From Balanoglossus misakiensis (Eukaryota; Animalia; Hemichordata), in assembly GCA_040954595.2 (NCBI GenBank), contig CM082578.2, positions 16,414,998-16,478,997 on the forward strand: 64,000 nucleotides of DNA, read 5' to 3'. Shown piece by piece: positions 13,501-28,300 of this stretch. The notes beneath the pieces were generated by a model. The model was not told where the DNA came from. It ran no database searches and saw only the letters and a list, made by a program, of their open reading frames with translations. The position numbers and the translations under genes are program-made. Each line of letters starts with the position of its first letter. Position 1 is the first letter of the stretch.

Positions 13501-15008
13501 GAAGGCGCACGAACTATTTACCCATGACACTGGACGTTACCAACAACGAATGCGGAAACGCTCCGAGGAAGAATTGTCCGACCACAAAGACTGGATAACT
13601 CGGAGCAAACGATGTTGCTAACGCTGTTGCTGTGGCGAGCACCATGGTGATGACGAAGATGGGTTTCCTGCCAAAGCTGTGAGGAAATTGCACCAAATGA
13701 CAGTTGTTCGTGTGTATTTTGAACCACTCAGTTGCGGACGAGAAACGTTGATACTGATCAAATACCAGTACCCATGGGGAAATTTTAATTTTAATTAGCT
13801 GGCCGCATGTTTCGTTTGAATTATAAAACAAAGGCAACGCAAAATCATGCATGTAAGCTTAATAAACATTGGGAATTTCTTTGATGGACAATATATTGTT
13901 CGCACACCCATGGCACAACCATGCGATAAACACGGATAGCGGATGACGATGAAAGTGCTCCTACAAACATACATCAGACAAGTCACCCTGGCATCTCACT
14001 TACAAATCTGAAAGTTGCCCGAAGATGATGACTCCGACAAGATTTCCCAGTGGAACGATGGCCTTCGTCAGTTGCTTCATCCAGTCGTGGTAACATACCA
14101 GGTCGTACTGTCAAGGCGAATATAACGGAAATATTTACTTCATTAACTGGAATTGGCTCAGTCTGCGATTGGTGTTTTGCTATTGTTTAGCAATAAAAAA
14201 AATTCTATATCGTTCGATTGGCGATTAATTTAATCAACTATATGGCGTGAGGGCTATCAATCAGTCGACTCATTCGAATCAACGATAAGCGTATACATAT
14301 GCTTCAACTATGCTACCACTCGAGATTGTGTTTGAAATGTTGAATATTTACAAGGCGGGTGTCGACAGGAGTGTCACGTGATTATTTCTCTGTCGGTTCA
14401 AGACTGGATATGCTGAACAATGATCCTCTTTTAAGGATGTACATTCGTCAAAAACAGGCCTACGTGTAACTTACACTGAAGTTTCACATCAACTGATTAG
14501 GAATCAGTGAGATTCAAATAGTAGTCGTTCTAACAGACGCATGCAAGACATGTACCATTAAACTTACTGTAAAAAATACTTGCAACGTTAGAATTTCACA
14601 TCAATAAGATGTTACGGCATGACTTACTTCGAAGACGACGGTATTTTCATACCACGTTTTATCATAGACCCATCCTTGGTCACAACTGACAGTCTCCTCG
14701 CTTCGAGGAGAGCAGACTTCTTCTGAAACTCCCCGAGAAACGTTGACATCATACCGCCGACATTTCGCCCAAGAAACGCCCCCTCCTTCAAGAGTGCAGG
14801 GAATGGTGCAGTTCTTCAGAGGAGACTGGTCGACATAAGTCTGATTGTCGTATACTTTGCAGTAGTGTTCAGCCGAAGCGCTGTAGAAGGCGTTTCCCAG
14901 CTGGTAGAATGCGGTGCTTCCGGCCGTGATCCAAAGGATGATACACTGCAGTTTTTGATTCCGACCAAACGGACCAACAGTTTGGATGACTTCTTCGAAC
15001 CGATTCAT
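10547..15008 (-). CDS. SLC22-family transporter, copy 3 (10 coding exons, ~575 aa; recent duplicate of copy 2)
   Basis: Exons 15008-14628, 14107-14004, 13676-13522, 13241-13070, 12808-12655 (GC donor), 12465-12389, 11956-11748, 11503-11395, 11182-10973, 10703-10547. Sum is 1728 nt, in frame. Introns and flanks are visibly alignable with copy 2. Confidence 0.92.
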
Positions 15009-18000
15009 TTTGAGGAATCCCAATGGCAAAAGAGATTTCTCTGAGAATTATCTACAGAAGAAAAAAAACGTTAATGCAAAACAAATGCAATTCGGAAAGT
15101 GGCATAGAGATGGAGAAATAGTTGATAGGTAACTTATACCTTAGGCCTACTGGACAATTGGCCAAATACACCCCCGACCGCCGAGATTTCAGGGCTAAGC
15201 AGTTGGTGTCAAAAGGTCCCGATCACTCATTGGTTGAAACCAGGCCATGATATAAAAATGACAAAAAGTGAAACGTTTCAATGTAAATGTTATACATCAT
15301 GCCTTATCTTGTATTATTCACAAGGACTTCTGTCATTTTAGGCGCCCAGCAAATGACCTTTGATGCCAACGAGAGGACAGAGAGCCTTGATAACGAAGTG
15401 AGGCGATTCGCTGAAAATGTATACTTTGCTGAATACCAAAGTTTATAAGACTCCAGACGAAACATATTTATCATGTTTACTATTGCAAACACGTACACTG
15501 CAGTGTGTCTTGAAGACGAACTTAAATATCCATCGAGTGCACTCGTATATGAACTGGAAATTACGTGCTCTGTGACAAAATATTCCTGTCAACGTCTGCT
15601 TTTTACACGTAAGAGTTTTGGTCTTGTGGTGTTTTTGGCATATTTGGGGGAGGGTGTAAATGAAAGTGGTCTAACTGCCTGATACCATCGTGTCGTATGT
15701 TTTATAGTTCATAGATACACATATTATGGAGACAAGCTCTGCTTCTTCTTTCACGCAGATCAAACCGTTTTTACAGACAAATATCGTAAAGTAAAACACG
15801 TCCAAGTTACAGCCATCTTACGGCATTGAACCTTCCCCCCTCCCAATGTCGGGAGACACTACTTCCCATACACTAGAATGAGGTCCGTAACTATGCATTA
15901 TAGCGTACCATCCATAGAGATGAGGCCTGTAACCTTAGCTCCGCCCACTGACTGACGTCACATGTCAAAAGCTTGATTATGCTAATTACGTACCGCTACT
16001 GAATAGGGAAATACTGTAGTACTTGTAGTGCCATCCTCAAAGTAGAGTAAGAATAGGGCCATATATAATATCAGACGATTTTCATTCACAAAACAGCAAG
16101 TAGAATAGTGAAACATAAACTATTTTCAAGCTCTTATCATCACAAAGAAGTTCAAATTAAGTTGACATTAGTCATTACAAACTGTCGTGCAAGCTTGATA
16201 TGCACCGCTGTGAGAATTTTATTTGAATCACCAAATAAAATGACTTGCAGAAAAAATCACCATATGCCCTTTAAAAAAATAATTTCACTAGAGGTTGACA
16301 TAGTTGGCTTGCTATATCTCTACGGTTTGGTTCATTGCTACTTCAGTCATTCAACTAATGAATTCATTAATTTCTTTTGACCGAGTTATGTGCAAAATAA
16401 CTGAGAAAATGACAAAATTAGAAGAAATGGCATTTCTTGCAATTCTCCATGTAATCCTACAGGAAGAGACAAATCCCATGAGCTCATAAAGCACATGCAT
16501 CCTTAATGCAAAGTTAGCAGTTGTGTCAAGATATGACTGAATAAGTTAATACGTAAGTTATGCCTAAAAATGGTAACTGCCCTTCAAAATAAGACAAATG
16601 TCCAATAATGCTATACCAACGTCTAGCATAATACCACATCATTCAGACAAGGGCAGTATAAAGGAAAAGTATGAAAATATAAAATATTAGTACCACAATA
16701 TAAAAATATGTAATTATTACACAAATGTGTACCACAATTATAACAACAAAACTATGCAATTCAGCCATACCACCATAAATGCCTTATACAATATAGAACT
16801 AAAAAGAAACCTTGCCAATCAATGTATTACAACTCTTTCACATCAGGAAAATATAATCCATGTACATGTATTTGTTTTTCTTACAAAAAGATTGAAGTTA
16901 CATAGTTACCTGTGAGACAAATTCTTTAAAGACCAGTTTTTATAATAAAGCAGCAAAAAATACATACAATCAGAGATGAAACTATATCTAAATATGGATA
17001 CCACTAATATCTACAATATATAGTCAAACCATTGAAATTCAGAAAATAATTTGACAGGTGATAATCACATACCTTCCAATGCCACCCCCAGATATAAAAA
17101 AGGCACTTCCCTTAATCTTAATATAAAACTGTTAAGAAGAGATAAAGCACATTAGACCATTGCATTGTCATTGTATTCCTTGAACATTTGAAAATATATA
17201 CATATTTGAGGACACGTAAATAAGCAAACCCAGAGAGAATCCCTGCACAGGTATAGAACTTTTCAAATCAACCATCATTTACCATAATTCTAATAAAGCA
17301 AAACTCTTCTAAAATTCCAATAAAAGTTATTAAAATACTAACATTTGCCATTTATGAGTGTAAATGCATAATGCATTTGGCATGATAGTTTTCACAGTAA
17401 TGTTCAAAGTTAAAGTTACTTTTCAAGTCACTGAAAGAAGTCAAGCCATAAACATAACTTTTTATGGTCTCAAGATACTCGTCACGCTAAAATTTTCAAA
17501 GATGTTAAAAATATAATCTTTGTTACGTAAAGGCATAAAATGGATAATTATTTGTTGTCAGAGGAGCCTTGTATTCATCAGGCTTAAGTTTCTTTGATCA
17601 CAGATTGGAATATGTTGTGAAAATTGTGAAAATTAGCAGCAAATTACATGAACAATTTTTCAAAGCCTACTTTTAGTTTGATTGGTAGTATAGGAACAGT
17701 TTACCATGATTTTCCATGGAAAACTTTATAAAATATCTTTAGCAAATGGTAAAATCATTAAAAAGGTACATAAATGGGGACATCACTTTTGTGGCAGTAA
17801 CTACGCTTTTTTCAGTAATAGCGCTAGAAGCCTTTGAATGTCTTCAGTCAAGATGAAAATTTAAGAAAACATTTGCATAAATAAATTCAAATGTTTGTGG
17901 TACTGTTGAACAGTTTTCGGACAGCTTCTCAAGATGTAATTTGCAAAAGCTTCCCTATTTACTCTGTAAGTTGAAGGACCGCTTTTTTTCTACATATTTA

Positions 18001-18382
18001 CACTACATGTGTATCAACTGATTCTTTTACACATGAATGTGTGCGTTCGGTTTCGTGTGTTATCAGGTGGGAATACACAGAGCACACTGTCATAGTCCTT
18101 AATGGAGCCAGGTGCTTGGTCAAATAAAGAGAGTTGCCATATATTTTTTAACGTGGGGGCAGTTTTGTTTGCAAACTTTTTCACAAACAAGCATCTTCAC
18201 CTTAAGTTGCATTTTCTTTTCTACAGTAACAAAACAGCAAATAAATTTACACTCAATCAGTGGGACCTGTGAAATTTCTTCACCTAGAAAACACTTTGTC
18301 CAAACATTTGTTGCATGTTCCTGAACGTCTACTTGAATGGGCCCAAATAATTGTATGCATTTCAAGTGAGCCATTTCTCTTT

Positions 18383-21138
18383 TCATTTATCATCTGTATC
18401 TTTCAGTTCGAGGTAGACATTTTTTGTTGATCCACGGTGGTCTGCTGCATCTTCCATTTCCGTTTCATCTTTGTCAGGCGTATTTAAATCTTTATACTTC
18501 TTCCTGAAATTGAAATTGAAATTGAAATTGAATTAAAATTGGTGGCATTAAAGGTATACAGTCACTTCCAATATACGTACGCCCATATATGGCTGAAATG
18601 ACGTATTTGAGGGTTCTTAAAAACATATGGTGATGCTCTTTTTTTTCACGTGTGCCACCCACTGAAAATCCGTGATTAAGATCTCAAGTTTACCATGGTG
18701 AATGTAGCTAAACTTTGATAGGTGACCATATACATTTAAAGCATAGGCTCTTAAGGTATTTTTTGATAGTGTTGTATTGAGAGTACTGACATGTAAGACC
18801 ACCCTGTGTGGCTATCATGTACATTACTATCACATACCATCATTCTTTATTGAATAGGCAACCAAGTCATAAATACATTCCACATATTAGATACGACTAC
18901 TATCAAAACAATACCTCAAAGGCTTGTGAATTCAAGCATAACATTTGAGGAAGATGAAAGACGGTCTATTTTCAGGTTTGACATCTCTGAATCACAATTA
19001 ACCCTTGGAAGTCCGACTTGGTGGTGAACTCGGAGAATGCATTTCAAGGTACTCTTACGTACCCCGAGTGCAGCATCAACTCTCAAGAGTGTACAAGAGG
19101 GTTTGAGTTTTACTCACGTTCCAAATAACTCCCCATCTTCTAAGGTCTCAGGCAATCTTTTGTCTCTGGTTTCCGGAAGCAGAAGAGCCAGCAAGCCAGC
19201 AACCACTGATGTGATTCCCATCACCATAATTGGCAGTGGGCCCCAATAAATGCTGAGTAACATAACATAAGGCGATATGGTACTACCAACGCGTGCCGAC
19301 ATAGATGACAGACCCATACCAGCATTTCTGGAAATTGTAAAAATACAGAGTTTAGTGAAAATACTGTAGCAACTATACAATATATACATGCCAATTAACT
19401 AACTGTTAGACGATCAATAGTTGATTTTTGTTTAATTTACTTATTAATATACATTATCAAAGAATATCAAAGCATGGTTTTAAACACCCACACACACACT
19501 GTATGCACATACACACACATACACAAAGAAAGTGCCGTTATTGCCATCTGGTGGTGGTGGTGATGTTAAGTTAACCCCTTAAAAAACAACATTCTCTTAC
19601 CTGACAACTGTTGGATAGGTTTCTGTACCAAAAAGGTAGACAATGGCAAAAACAGCACTGATGCACAGTTTGGCTACCATAGCGATGGCCACAGTCAGTT
19701 CAACGATGTCTGGAAACCAAGAACAGTTGTGAAAATTAGAGAAAAAGTACTGTGAGTTATGTACATGCACAAGTACATGAAAGACACATGATTGTCAATA
19801 AAAATCCACAGTAATAGTAAATCAAGTGCCCTTCCCAAGTAGAGGATCAACATTTGATCTTTTTTAACCCTTTCACCTCCATTGTTTTTAATAGCCATGG
19901 GTCACTCACTTGATGGCAAACTCAGCATCAAGGAGATTCCACCAACTATACAGAAGCCAGCTAATGACAAGCGTCTTCCGATGACCTTCATCAACCACCA
20001 CGCCATAAAGCAGCCTGGTATTTCAACGGCCGCGGCCAGGATAAAGGTCACATAAGGGTTGCTGCCAAACTGATCGGTGTTCAAAGAGATTCCATAATAC
20101 ACAAAGCTGCATGAAAACCTGGGGGGAAAAACAAGAGACAAAGTTGATGTCTGGCAATGGTTTCTACATTCTGAGGGTCTCCTGTGTATAATGTACATGT
20201 AGCTGGCTACAGTCACACTGAGTATTAAAATTCAGGATTTACTGTGTAACTGACCAACATGGCATACATCTTGACGAATGAAGGGCACACACTGAAGACG
20301 AAAGTTTAGGATCAGTTTTATGTTTCTCATGAAAGATGGAAAACTTGTGATCAGCTGCAAGAGAATCGGAATGAGGTCGCGGGCATTTGCATCACTGTCA
20401 TGAGTACCCTTGCAAGAATGTGAAACAACACCAGCTTCACAAATTTAATAAATATATGGCTCCTGCTGTCAAATGATACTCACCAATTGAAACACATGAG
20501 AAGTGTTTTGATGCATAAACGGCGCGTCTTGAACAGATCGAAGAGAGTGTACTGATAAACCTGTAAAACCAACAACATGTCAATTGATAATTATTAATTC
20601 TTTACATGAAAAAGGTATCCTAACAGATGCAGGGTACCGTACTATTTACAATGTACTGGAAGATGCGCTATCATTGATGGGCATGCATGTAATTTTGAAA
20701 AATAGCAATGACAGTATCTACAAATACAACAAACATGTTCATAGTAGTCTACGGGTCTTAATATCAACACAAATACATAGAGTATCACTGACAGACAATT
20801 CACAACATGAATTGGATCATTACAACTCACTTTCTCTTCCTTCTCTTTCGTGTTGATTTCTTTGGCTTCTTCAAAGATTGTGTCTGGAAAATCAGTCTTG
20901 TTCCATTTACTATAGCGTTGAAGAATCTTCTTAGCCTTGTCATATTTGTGTTTACGCATCAACCATCTTGGAGTTTCTTTGATGAAGCTAAAGGTGAAAT
21001 GATTGAATTTTCTCTTTGTTAAAAAATAAGTAACAAACTTGACAAGACATTGTTGGTTTCAGTGTGAACTGTGGTCATTATTCTGCCAGCACTATTACCA
21101 TATATCATCTCATCCTCTTCATCATCCTCCTCCTCCTC

Positions 21139-21214
<76 letters not shown>

Positions 21215-21269
21215 CTACCACCATCATCATCATCCTCCTCCTCTTCATCATCATCATCATCACTACCAC

Positions 21270-21303
<34 letters not shown>

Positions 21304-21304
21304 C

Positions 21305-21375
<71 letters not shown>

Positions 21376-24300
21376 CTACCATCATCATCATCATCACCAC
21401 CCTTACTAACAAATGAATAAACACTACACTCACAGAAGTGATGGTAGAAACAAGAGCCAGACGAGTCCTGCTACCAGTTGAGTATTTCTCCAGTTACCCC
21501 TGCATAACAGTCCGATGACACCAAATACAATCCACATAACGCTGAAACCAGTGTGAACCATAGCACCACACATTGTCCTCTCTTTCACTCCGACTGTTTC
21601 AGTAACTTGGATTAAAAAAGGATGATAAGTATAAATATGGATTTTAAATGAGGTTGTAGAACAAAGCACACATTGTCACTAGATTCTTATCAGCCTCCAT
21701 ACAAACTGTACGCAGCTATCATGGTATGCGTCACCAAGAGATAACAAACTGATGCAAATGCAAGTAATATGGCGTAATGGTGAGGATTTTAGAGGATGGG
21801 GAATATATTTGAAGTATTTTATTGTGGAAAAAAATATGTGAAATTTGGCAGCTATAAGGGCTTTAACTCTTCCAAAAATGTTAAATGTTACACTTACTCA
21901 TGACAGCAGCAGTAACATACAGAGCATGTGGAACTGCCCCAAGAAGAAACTGTCCGAGCACAAATAAAGCATACGTCGGCGCAAACGCTGTGGAGGTTGC
22001 GATTATTACACTGAGTATTAAACTGATGATGTAGATGGGTTTTCTTCCAAACCTATGAGGAACACAATGGGAGAAGGTCAGGTGTGAGAGCAGGTGTTTG
22101 CCATCTGATCACCACGAAGGCATGCTACCTCCTCTCTTGCTTGGTATTAAATGACAAACCACAATGGGCAAACACACAATACATTCTTCTGGTTTAAATT
22201 CATGTCATGTCAACTACATGTACTGTATCTGTGCAATTTGCTTCCTGCCCTTTATGTTTGTATGCTTCAGTTTTAGATTACATTTATTTATACCAGTGAA
22301 AAACTATTCATTTGTACAGAAGGCATGAGGCAAAATGAAAAGGGGCATGGTAAACAAATGTGACGTAAAAAGTACTTCATTCAAGAATTGAAGTGTTGTG
22401 CTTTCTGAAATCACAGGGTGAAAAAGTGCAGGTATAATGATTCAAGCAGCACACTTTGATTGATACTGTGTTACAGTCAGTGTCAAAATATCACAGGTCT
22501 ATGCTTTCAAAAATGAAGTCAAAATGCCACCTGGAATGCATGCATGTTTGACAAAATGAATTTACCGGGCAGGAAGAGAAAAAGAATTTTTCAGAAAATA
22601 CAAAATCAAAGTGGCCCCTGGCCTGGCCTGGACTTTTGCCCCAGACAGGCAACGCAGTGACCTCTAGTTGAAGCAGTTGCCAAGCAGTGATTGATCACTG
22701 AAACTGTAGGTCAGTTATAAACCAGTAGGCATTTTGTCTACAAATACCAACAAATCAAACTGATGCCATGTCTGTTTGCTTGAAGACAACAGTAGCAGCA
22801 CTGTTTTGACTCTACAGTACATCTAAATGTAGGTTGTGTTGACGTAACAATTAGAGTAGTTTTCTGTTTCCTATGAAACAGTACTTGAAACTTCCAGGAA
22901 TTGATTATTCTTTACAGGGAAAAAGAGGGTGAGGTGACACAGTCCAAACCGTCACCCCTTTCAAGTGCCAGATGCTACTCTGAAGGAAAGCCACACATAG
23001 TTACCAGTTACACATATACAAAATATGTGGTTCGACTGGTCTGATACAAAGTGCTCAATAGTAAAGTTGAGCGGAATATAAAGTGAGGCAGCTGGATAAA
23101 TGATAGGTGGTTTAATCTCTACAACGCTGTTTCGTGAGTCACTGGACTCACTCATCACTTTAGTCTCCTAATGAGTGAGTCCATGAGTGACTCGCAAGTC
23201 ACTGGACGTTGAAGAGACATTATGGAGATTATACTGCCTATCCTTTCTCCAGCTACCTCGATCACTTTCGTTTCACATATACATACATATCGGAGAGTTG
23301 CCCAAATACGATGCAGCCAGCGAAATTTCCAACCGGCACGATGGACTTTGACAGTTGTTTCATCCAGTCATGTGTGCACACCAGGTCATACTGTGAAAAC
23401 AAAAACATAGAATTTGAACCTTTAGTGATCAGTGGTGTAGTTCATCTCCAGAATCCATCAGCTGGTATCATAACTTCTGGTCAACTGTTAATGTGTGTTT
23501 ACTTTGCATTTCGGTTGCCAGCAGTTTTAAAACAGGCACATTTTATTTATTGAAAAGAAACAGAAATCTGCATGAAATTTAAGCGCAGACTGAATGTTGA
23601 CACCTGTAATAGTAACATTAACAAAGAGCGCACTGTGTGCTCGCTGATGCAGTAATCCTTTCACAAAAATTCATACGGTCACTGTTCCTTGTCAAGAAAA
23701 CTCCTTAGACCAGTACAATAATAGATGCGGAAAACACAAATTTTACAAGGTCGGTTGAGCAATATGTCATGAATGTTTGTGACCATGATACAATTTACCA
23801 GTCTGTCCCACAGTGGTGCCTGAGATGAAAGCCAGGCACCACTGATGGGTTTACAGTTGTGCCAAATGATTTACAAGCTAATAACCACAAATATGGTAAT
23901 AACCATAAATTCAATGATACAAGTGTGATTAGCGATGGTACAAAATTTGAATTTTATTGCAAAAGAAAATTGCCCCAAAAATAGAAATATGCAAATTTAC
24001 TCAATTTTAACAAATCTGATAAAGGTTACAGCTGGAACCTGCATACCAAATGTCAAAGCGGTAGGACAACTTTTCCAGAGAAGAATTTTAACCAAAAACA
24101 GCAAAAGTTGCCCCAAAACTACAAATATGTCAATTTTCCTCAAGGCAATGCAGAAGATTTTTTTTTTCTTCCATGTACCCCACCCCCCTCAGAAATCAAA
24201 TGGTTCTTCCCTAAGCTTATGTGAGAATGATGGAGTTGTGTTTTAGAAAATTGTCAAAGAAGCACACAAAAAAGTGCAAATCTGCAATAGTGTCCTGCTG

Positions 24301-25361
24301 CTGCAAATTTCAGTCCTGATTTTTTACACCCGGCTTTGAGGTCAAATTCGGGGGTCAAATTGTCGTCCCTTGGTCTATGCCACGCGATAGCGCTATAGTC
24401 ACCCGCACATGCGCACCGATGCGGCGATGGTCATGCGAAGTATAAATCTATCGATGCCGATTCATAGTACTATTAAAACTGAAAAAAATGCGATCAGCAT
24501 TCAAGCCAAGATTGCCATTACACAACTCCCATACCAGTTCCTGGCAGCTGCGTATCATCAATATTTTGTCTACTGTTGCATTTTAAAAATACACGTACTA
24601 GCTTGCCTAAACGTGTACCCGGCATAGGTCCGTATTGTGTGTACGCGTCTCTATTCATTGACACACAATGAAACCTGATTTAAAAATACGCAATGCAGAC
24701 ACGTGTCACGTAGGTCACGATCTCATTTTGTGAACCGAGTAAATAAAAAAAAAAACTTTCATTATGAAACCCCTCATTAGAATACAATACTGTAGCTCTC
24801 ACATTGTAGACACTGATGTATACATGTCACTGATGATTTCATAATTGGGTGATGACTTTTGCAGCATACGAAGCGAACTGCTGTCACTGATATGCATGCA
24901 TGATGATGCGGATGACCCAGGCCATGCAGGGTTTTATATTCAATTAGTATGCGTACGACGAAAAACAAGTGTACAATACTTACTTCAAACACGACGGTAT
25001 TTTCATACCACGTTCTATCATACACCCATCCTCCATCACAATCGATTATCCCTTCCCTGTCTTGCGAGCAGGTTTCAGTAGAAATTCCCTGAGAAACGTT
25101 GAAATCGTATCGCCGACATTTAGAAAAGATGACGCCTTGCCCACTCGCTGAGGGAATAGTGCAGTTCTTCAGTGATGACTGCGTGGCGAAAGTTTGGTTG
25201 TCGTAAACTTTACAATAATGGTCCGCTGAGGCACTGTAGAGAGAATTCCCGACCTGGAAGAATGCCGTACCACCTGAAACGACCCAAAGAATGACGAACT
25301 GTAGTTTTTGATAGCGACCAAACCCGCCAACAGCATTCAGAACTTCTTCGAACAGCTTCAT
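18383..25361 (-). CDS. SLC22-family transporter, copy 4 (10 coding exons, ~563 aa; most divergent exon 1)
   Basis: Exons 25361-24984, 23390-23287, 22052-21898, 21605-21434, 20987-20831, 20560-20484, 20118-19910, 19709-19601, 19327-19118, 18503-18383. Sum is 1692 nt, in frame. Same SLC22 motifs. Confidence 0.92.
21105..21398. repeat. Imperfect (CAT)n microsatellite in intron 4 of SLC22 copy 4
   Basis: About 290 bp of CAT repeats with CCT/CAC/TAC interruptions. Confidence 0.97.
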
Positions 25362-28300
25362 GTTTACTACCACCACAACCCCGCCAATGAGGTCTCGCCT
25401 GGATGGATTGAATATAACAACACTGAGGGATATTTGAATATGTCGGATTACTGTGTAAATTTCAATGCGTTCTGCGCAAGTCATCGGCCTTGAGAACAGT
25501 TGTCCCCACGTTACACGGCCGGGTATGTCGTTCTTCCCGACTCGGCAAACAGCATTTCCAGACACGTATTAACCAAGATTTAAGGCCGACCTTGAACTTA
25601 TAAGTGGGAAGTAATTTTAGACTTAAATGTTTTCGGAGCGGGTAGTATTTTGAGGCTTTGGTTTCTAAGTAGGTCACTTTCCCTTTTATTTTAACAAAAC
25701 GTGAACTTCTTTGGACCGGTTTGCTTATTATGGGGTAGAAGCTAGGGCCGTTATGCACATCACAGTCTATAAATTAATATTATTGTTGAAGTAGCCTACA
25801 CCCCCTCAAGCAGTTGTTGTCCACTAACTGCACTGTAACTTCTCACTCACTCACATAATCATCAGTTGCCTTTTGTATTATTTCATGTGCGACAGAGCAT
25901 ATCATGTGGTTTGTTAACTATAACGTTTGGATGCCCTAGTTTATTTCAAAAGAGCGCCACTCCTGGAAACGCACGATGCCACAAGCATGGAATCTAAAAG
26001 CAGTGAACCAAACAAAGCCACAGTCAAAACCAAGACTAGAATTCAATTACCAACAACAACAAAAACAGGTTGACCAAAACATAGGCCTAAAGTTCAAAGT
26101 CAGTCACTGGCCGTTTTAGTATGCTTGGGGGATTTTGAAGAGAAAACTTAAAATATGTCATTATTAAAGGCCATTTCAGCAATACTGATTGCTATGTGAT
26201 TATATTTCTTCCTAAATTTTGAATTTTACATTTTTATCATAATAGTGAATCCTACCGGCCACCTTTCTTCTAGGCTGTAACATGATATGTTCTCGTAACA
26301 TTTCTTGAATTGTTGGAATTGAGGCCAGAGTGGTACATGGTGTAATAAAAGTAAAGGCGTCTGTGGGTTGTGTGGAGAGCGGTGATTTCAACTTTGCTAT
26401 CACAAATTCCCACATTCTCGCCAACCTGAGGGGTATACATTCCTGTTGTTGATGTTGTTGGTATTTCACCAGTTATGATGGGTCTTCCTTCTTGCTTCTG
26501 CCATTTGAACCGAATTCTAATGAACCATGACGTCTTGAGCAGGATCATGTTATCTGACGTAACAATGAGATCGGCATTGTTAAGTTGTTTCTTTCACCGC
26601 ACCTTCCACCTTTGGAGACTGCAGTCCAGTAGTCGAAATCAACCTGGTAATTGTTATGTCGTGTTATCTAAGTGTTTTGCCGTTGTTTCCCTCGGGAATG
26701 TTGATAAAGGACTTTCGAACCAGGATTTGGGAAGGATTACCTTAATTAATGACATTCCACCAACATGGAGAAAGAACCTACTCTTCAGCATAATGAACTT
26801 AGACAAAGGCACCGAGAGTTTAACCGAGTGAAGTTGTTGTTCGATTACTTGGATGGGGTCATTCCAAGTTGATCATTTTCATCAGCACAATCTCGAAAAC
26901 ACGGGCCTGATTTTAAGAATATTTCCATGTTTCTTCTATTGGTTAGGGATTACACTCAATAACTCGTATTCGGGAACACTATGTCTTTATCCACGGTCGC
27001 TCTATGCTTTAAACGTCCTTGATAGCGTTTGGATAATGAGGTCTATGTTTTTGTGTGTATGTGTTACTGCCCGTGTTGAGGGACTGTGGTTCGGACAACA
27101 ATCGACGCCTCCAATACATGTCTGGTTTGACGCACAACTCTGTTTGATATTGTCAACACCTGAGCTCGGTCACAAGGCACCAAAATAAAACACAAATGAT
27201 TATTCCGGGTCAGTGCCAACAAAACAAAATCCGAATTCTTCAGTTTGACCACGGTCACTCCACAAGTGACTGTGGTTTAACTGTTGCCGCTACCATAAAA
27301 AAAACTAAACCGTAAAGGCAAATGTGATATCTCTTGAAGTAAACAATTCCTGACCAAAGCCGCTGGACAGAAAGCATTCAGTGCTCCACCTTTTTCTTAA
27401 AAGGTTTACAATGAATACCGGTATGCAAAGTTTGACCTGAATGACCTTCCCAACCTGCACGGTAATGTGCCGTTTCTATATACTAGTAAGCCAATGCTGT
27501 TTCTCACGGCCCCTGGACAGTGCTAGAACACACCTCGTCACTCACCTAAGTTTCCAATTGGCCTTAAATATACCACTGCCCTGGCACTGATCGCTTGAGA
27601 TTCCCTTCAGCTTGCAGCTTCCATCCAACTAGGGGTCATGTCACCTTCCTCTGCGTTTAGTTCAAGGTCATACGTAGTGACCCGCGTGTTTAGAGAGTGC
27701 GCAGATTCTATCCGGCAGGTGTTATCGTCAAAAAAAGTTTTAAAGTTTGCCGGCGCTGTCAAGATAACCTATATCAAACAAACAGCATAAATCTCACAGC
27801 GATTTTTTGTTTCAGAATCTGTACAATTATAGCAGATGAAATAAATTGTTTTCCTGCCATATTCGTGGTTTTATGTTTCATGATTTAGTCATTTGACATG
27901 ACAATGAATTTTGTTATTCCACGAAGCACGTCATGGTACTGATAGCAATGTTTTATGAGAAATAAACCTGACTTTGTGTTTGAAATCTCGATCACCGCGC
28001 GTGATTCAATAGTGCACTTTGAGTGGCGTGAACTGTTAACCAAACACACATGTAAACGCCTAGCTGTTCAGTACCGATCGTCTCTGGCGGATACAAATGA
28101 TAAAATCATGATGACGTCACGATTTATGCATATCAATCAGTACATTTTATTACCCATGCTGGAGCGGCCTTGGGTGAATTTTGCACTTGCCAAATGGGTA
28201 CGCCCAGTTCTGAACATGAAGCCTAAACTTGTACAGTTTCACAACTTTCTTCATGTTGTCTTCTAACAGTCATGTGCAACTTAAACAATCTGAATGGTCA

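Larger units (their letters stand above)
4087..15852. repeat. Direct segmental duplication: ~4087-9640 vs ~10493-15852 (copies 2 and 3 with flanks)
   Basis: Shared non-coding anchors at both ends: cgccta[t/c]aacttccacacttcatct at 4087/10493 and ttgaacct(t)cccccctcccaatg at ~9615/~15827. Introns in between are alignable. Confidence 0.85.

Noticed and set aside
4087-15852. Copies 2 and 3 as an uncollapsed haplotype (assembly artefact)
   Set aside because: Many amino-acid changes, large indels and replaced intron segments, plus the similarly related copy 1, fit true tandem duplication better. Read depth would be the final test.
21039-21420. Poly-His, poly-Ile, poly-Ser and poly-Met ORFs
   Set aside because: These are translations of the intronic (CAT)n microsatellite in different frames, not genes.
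23136-23193. Short hairpin TGGACTCACTCAT...ATGAGTGAGTCCA in intron 2 of copy 4 as a possible pre-miRNA
   Set aside because: Only a 13-bp core stem of low complexity, with no other support.
23615-24310. Possible decayed interspersed repeat in intron 1 of copy 4
   Set aside because: The sequence texture suggests a repeat, but no termini, TSD or second copy can be shown in this window.
24374-24627. CpG-rich segment bounded by ctatgcc...ggcatag as a MITE
   Set aside because: The inverted match is only 7 bp and there is no TSD.
26212-28266. Several 60-120 aa ORFs between copies 4 and 5
   Set aside because: No recognisable domain, no consistent exon chain, and overlapping frames on both strands; probably chance ORFs or decayed repeat.
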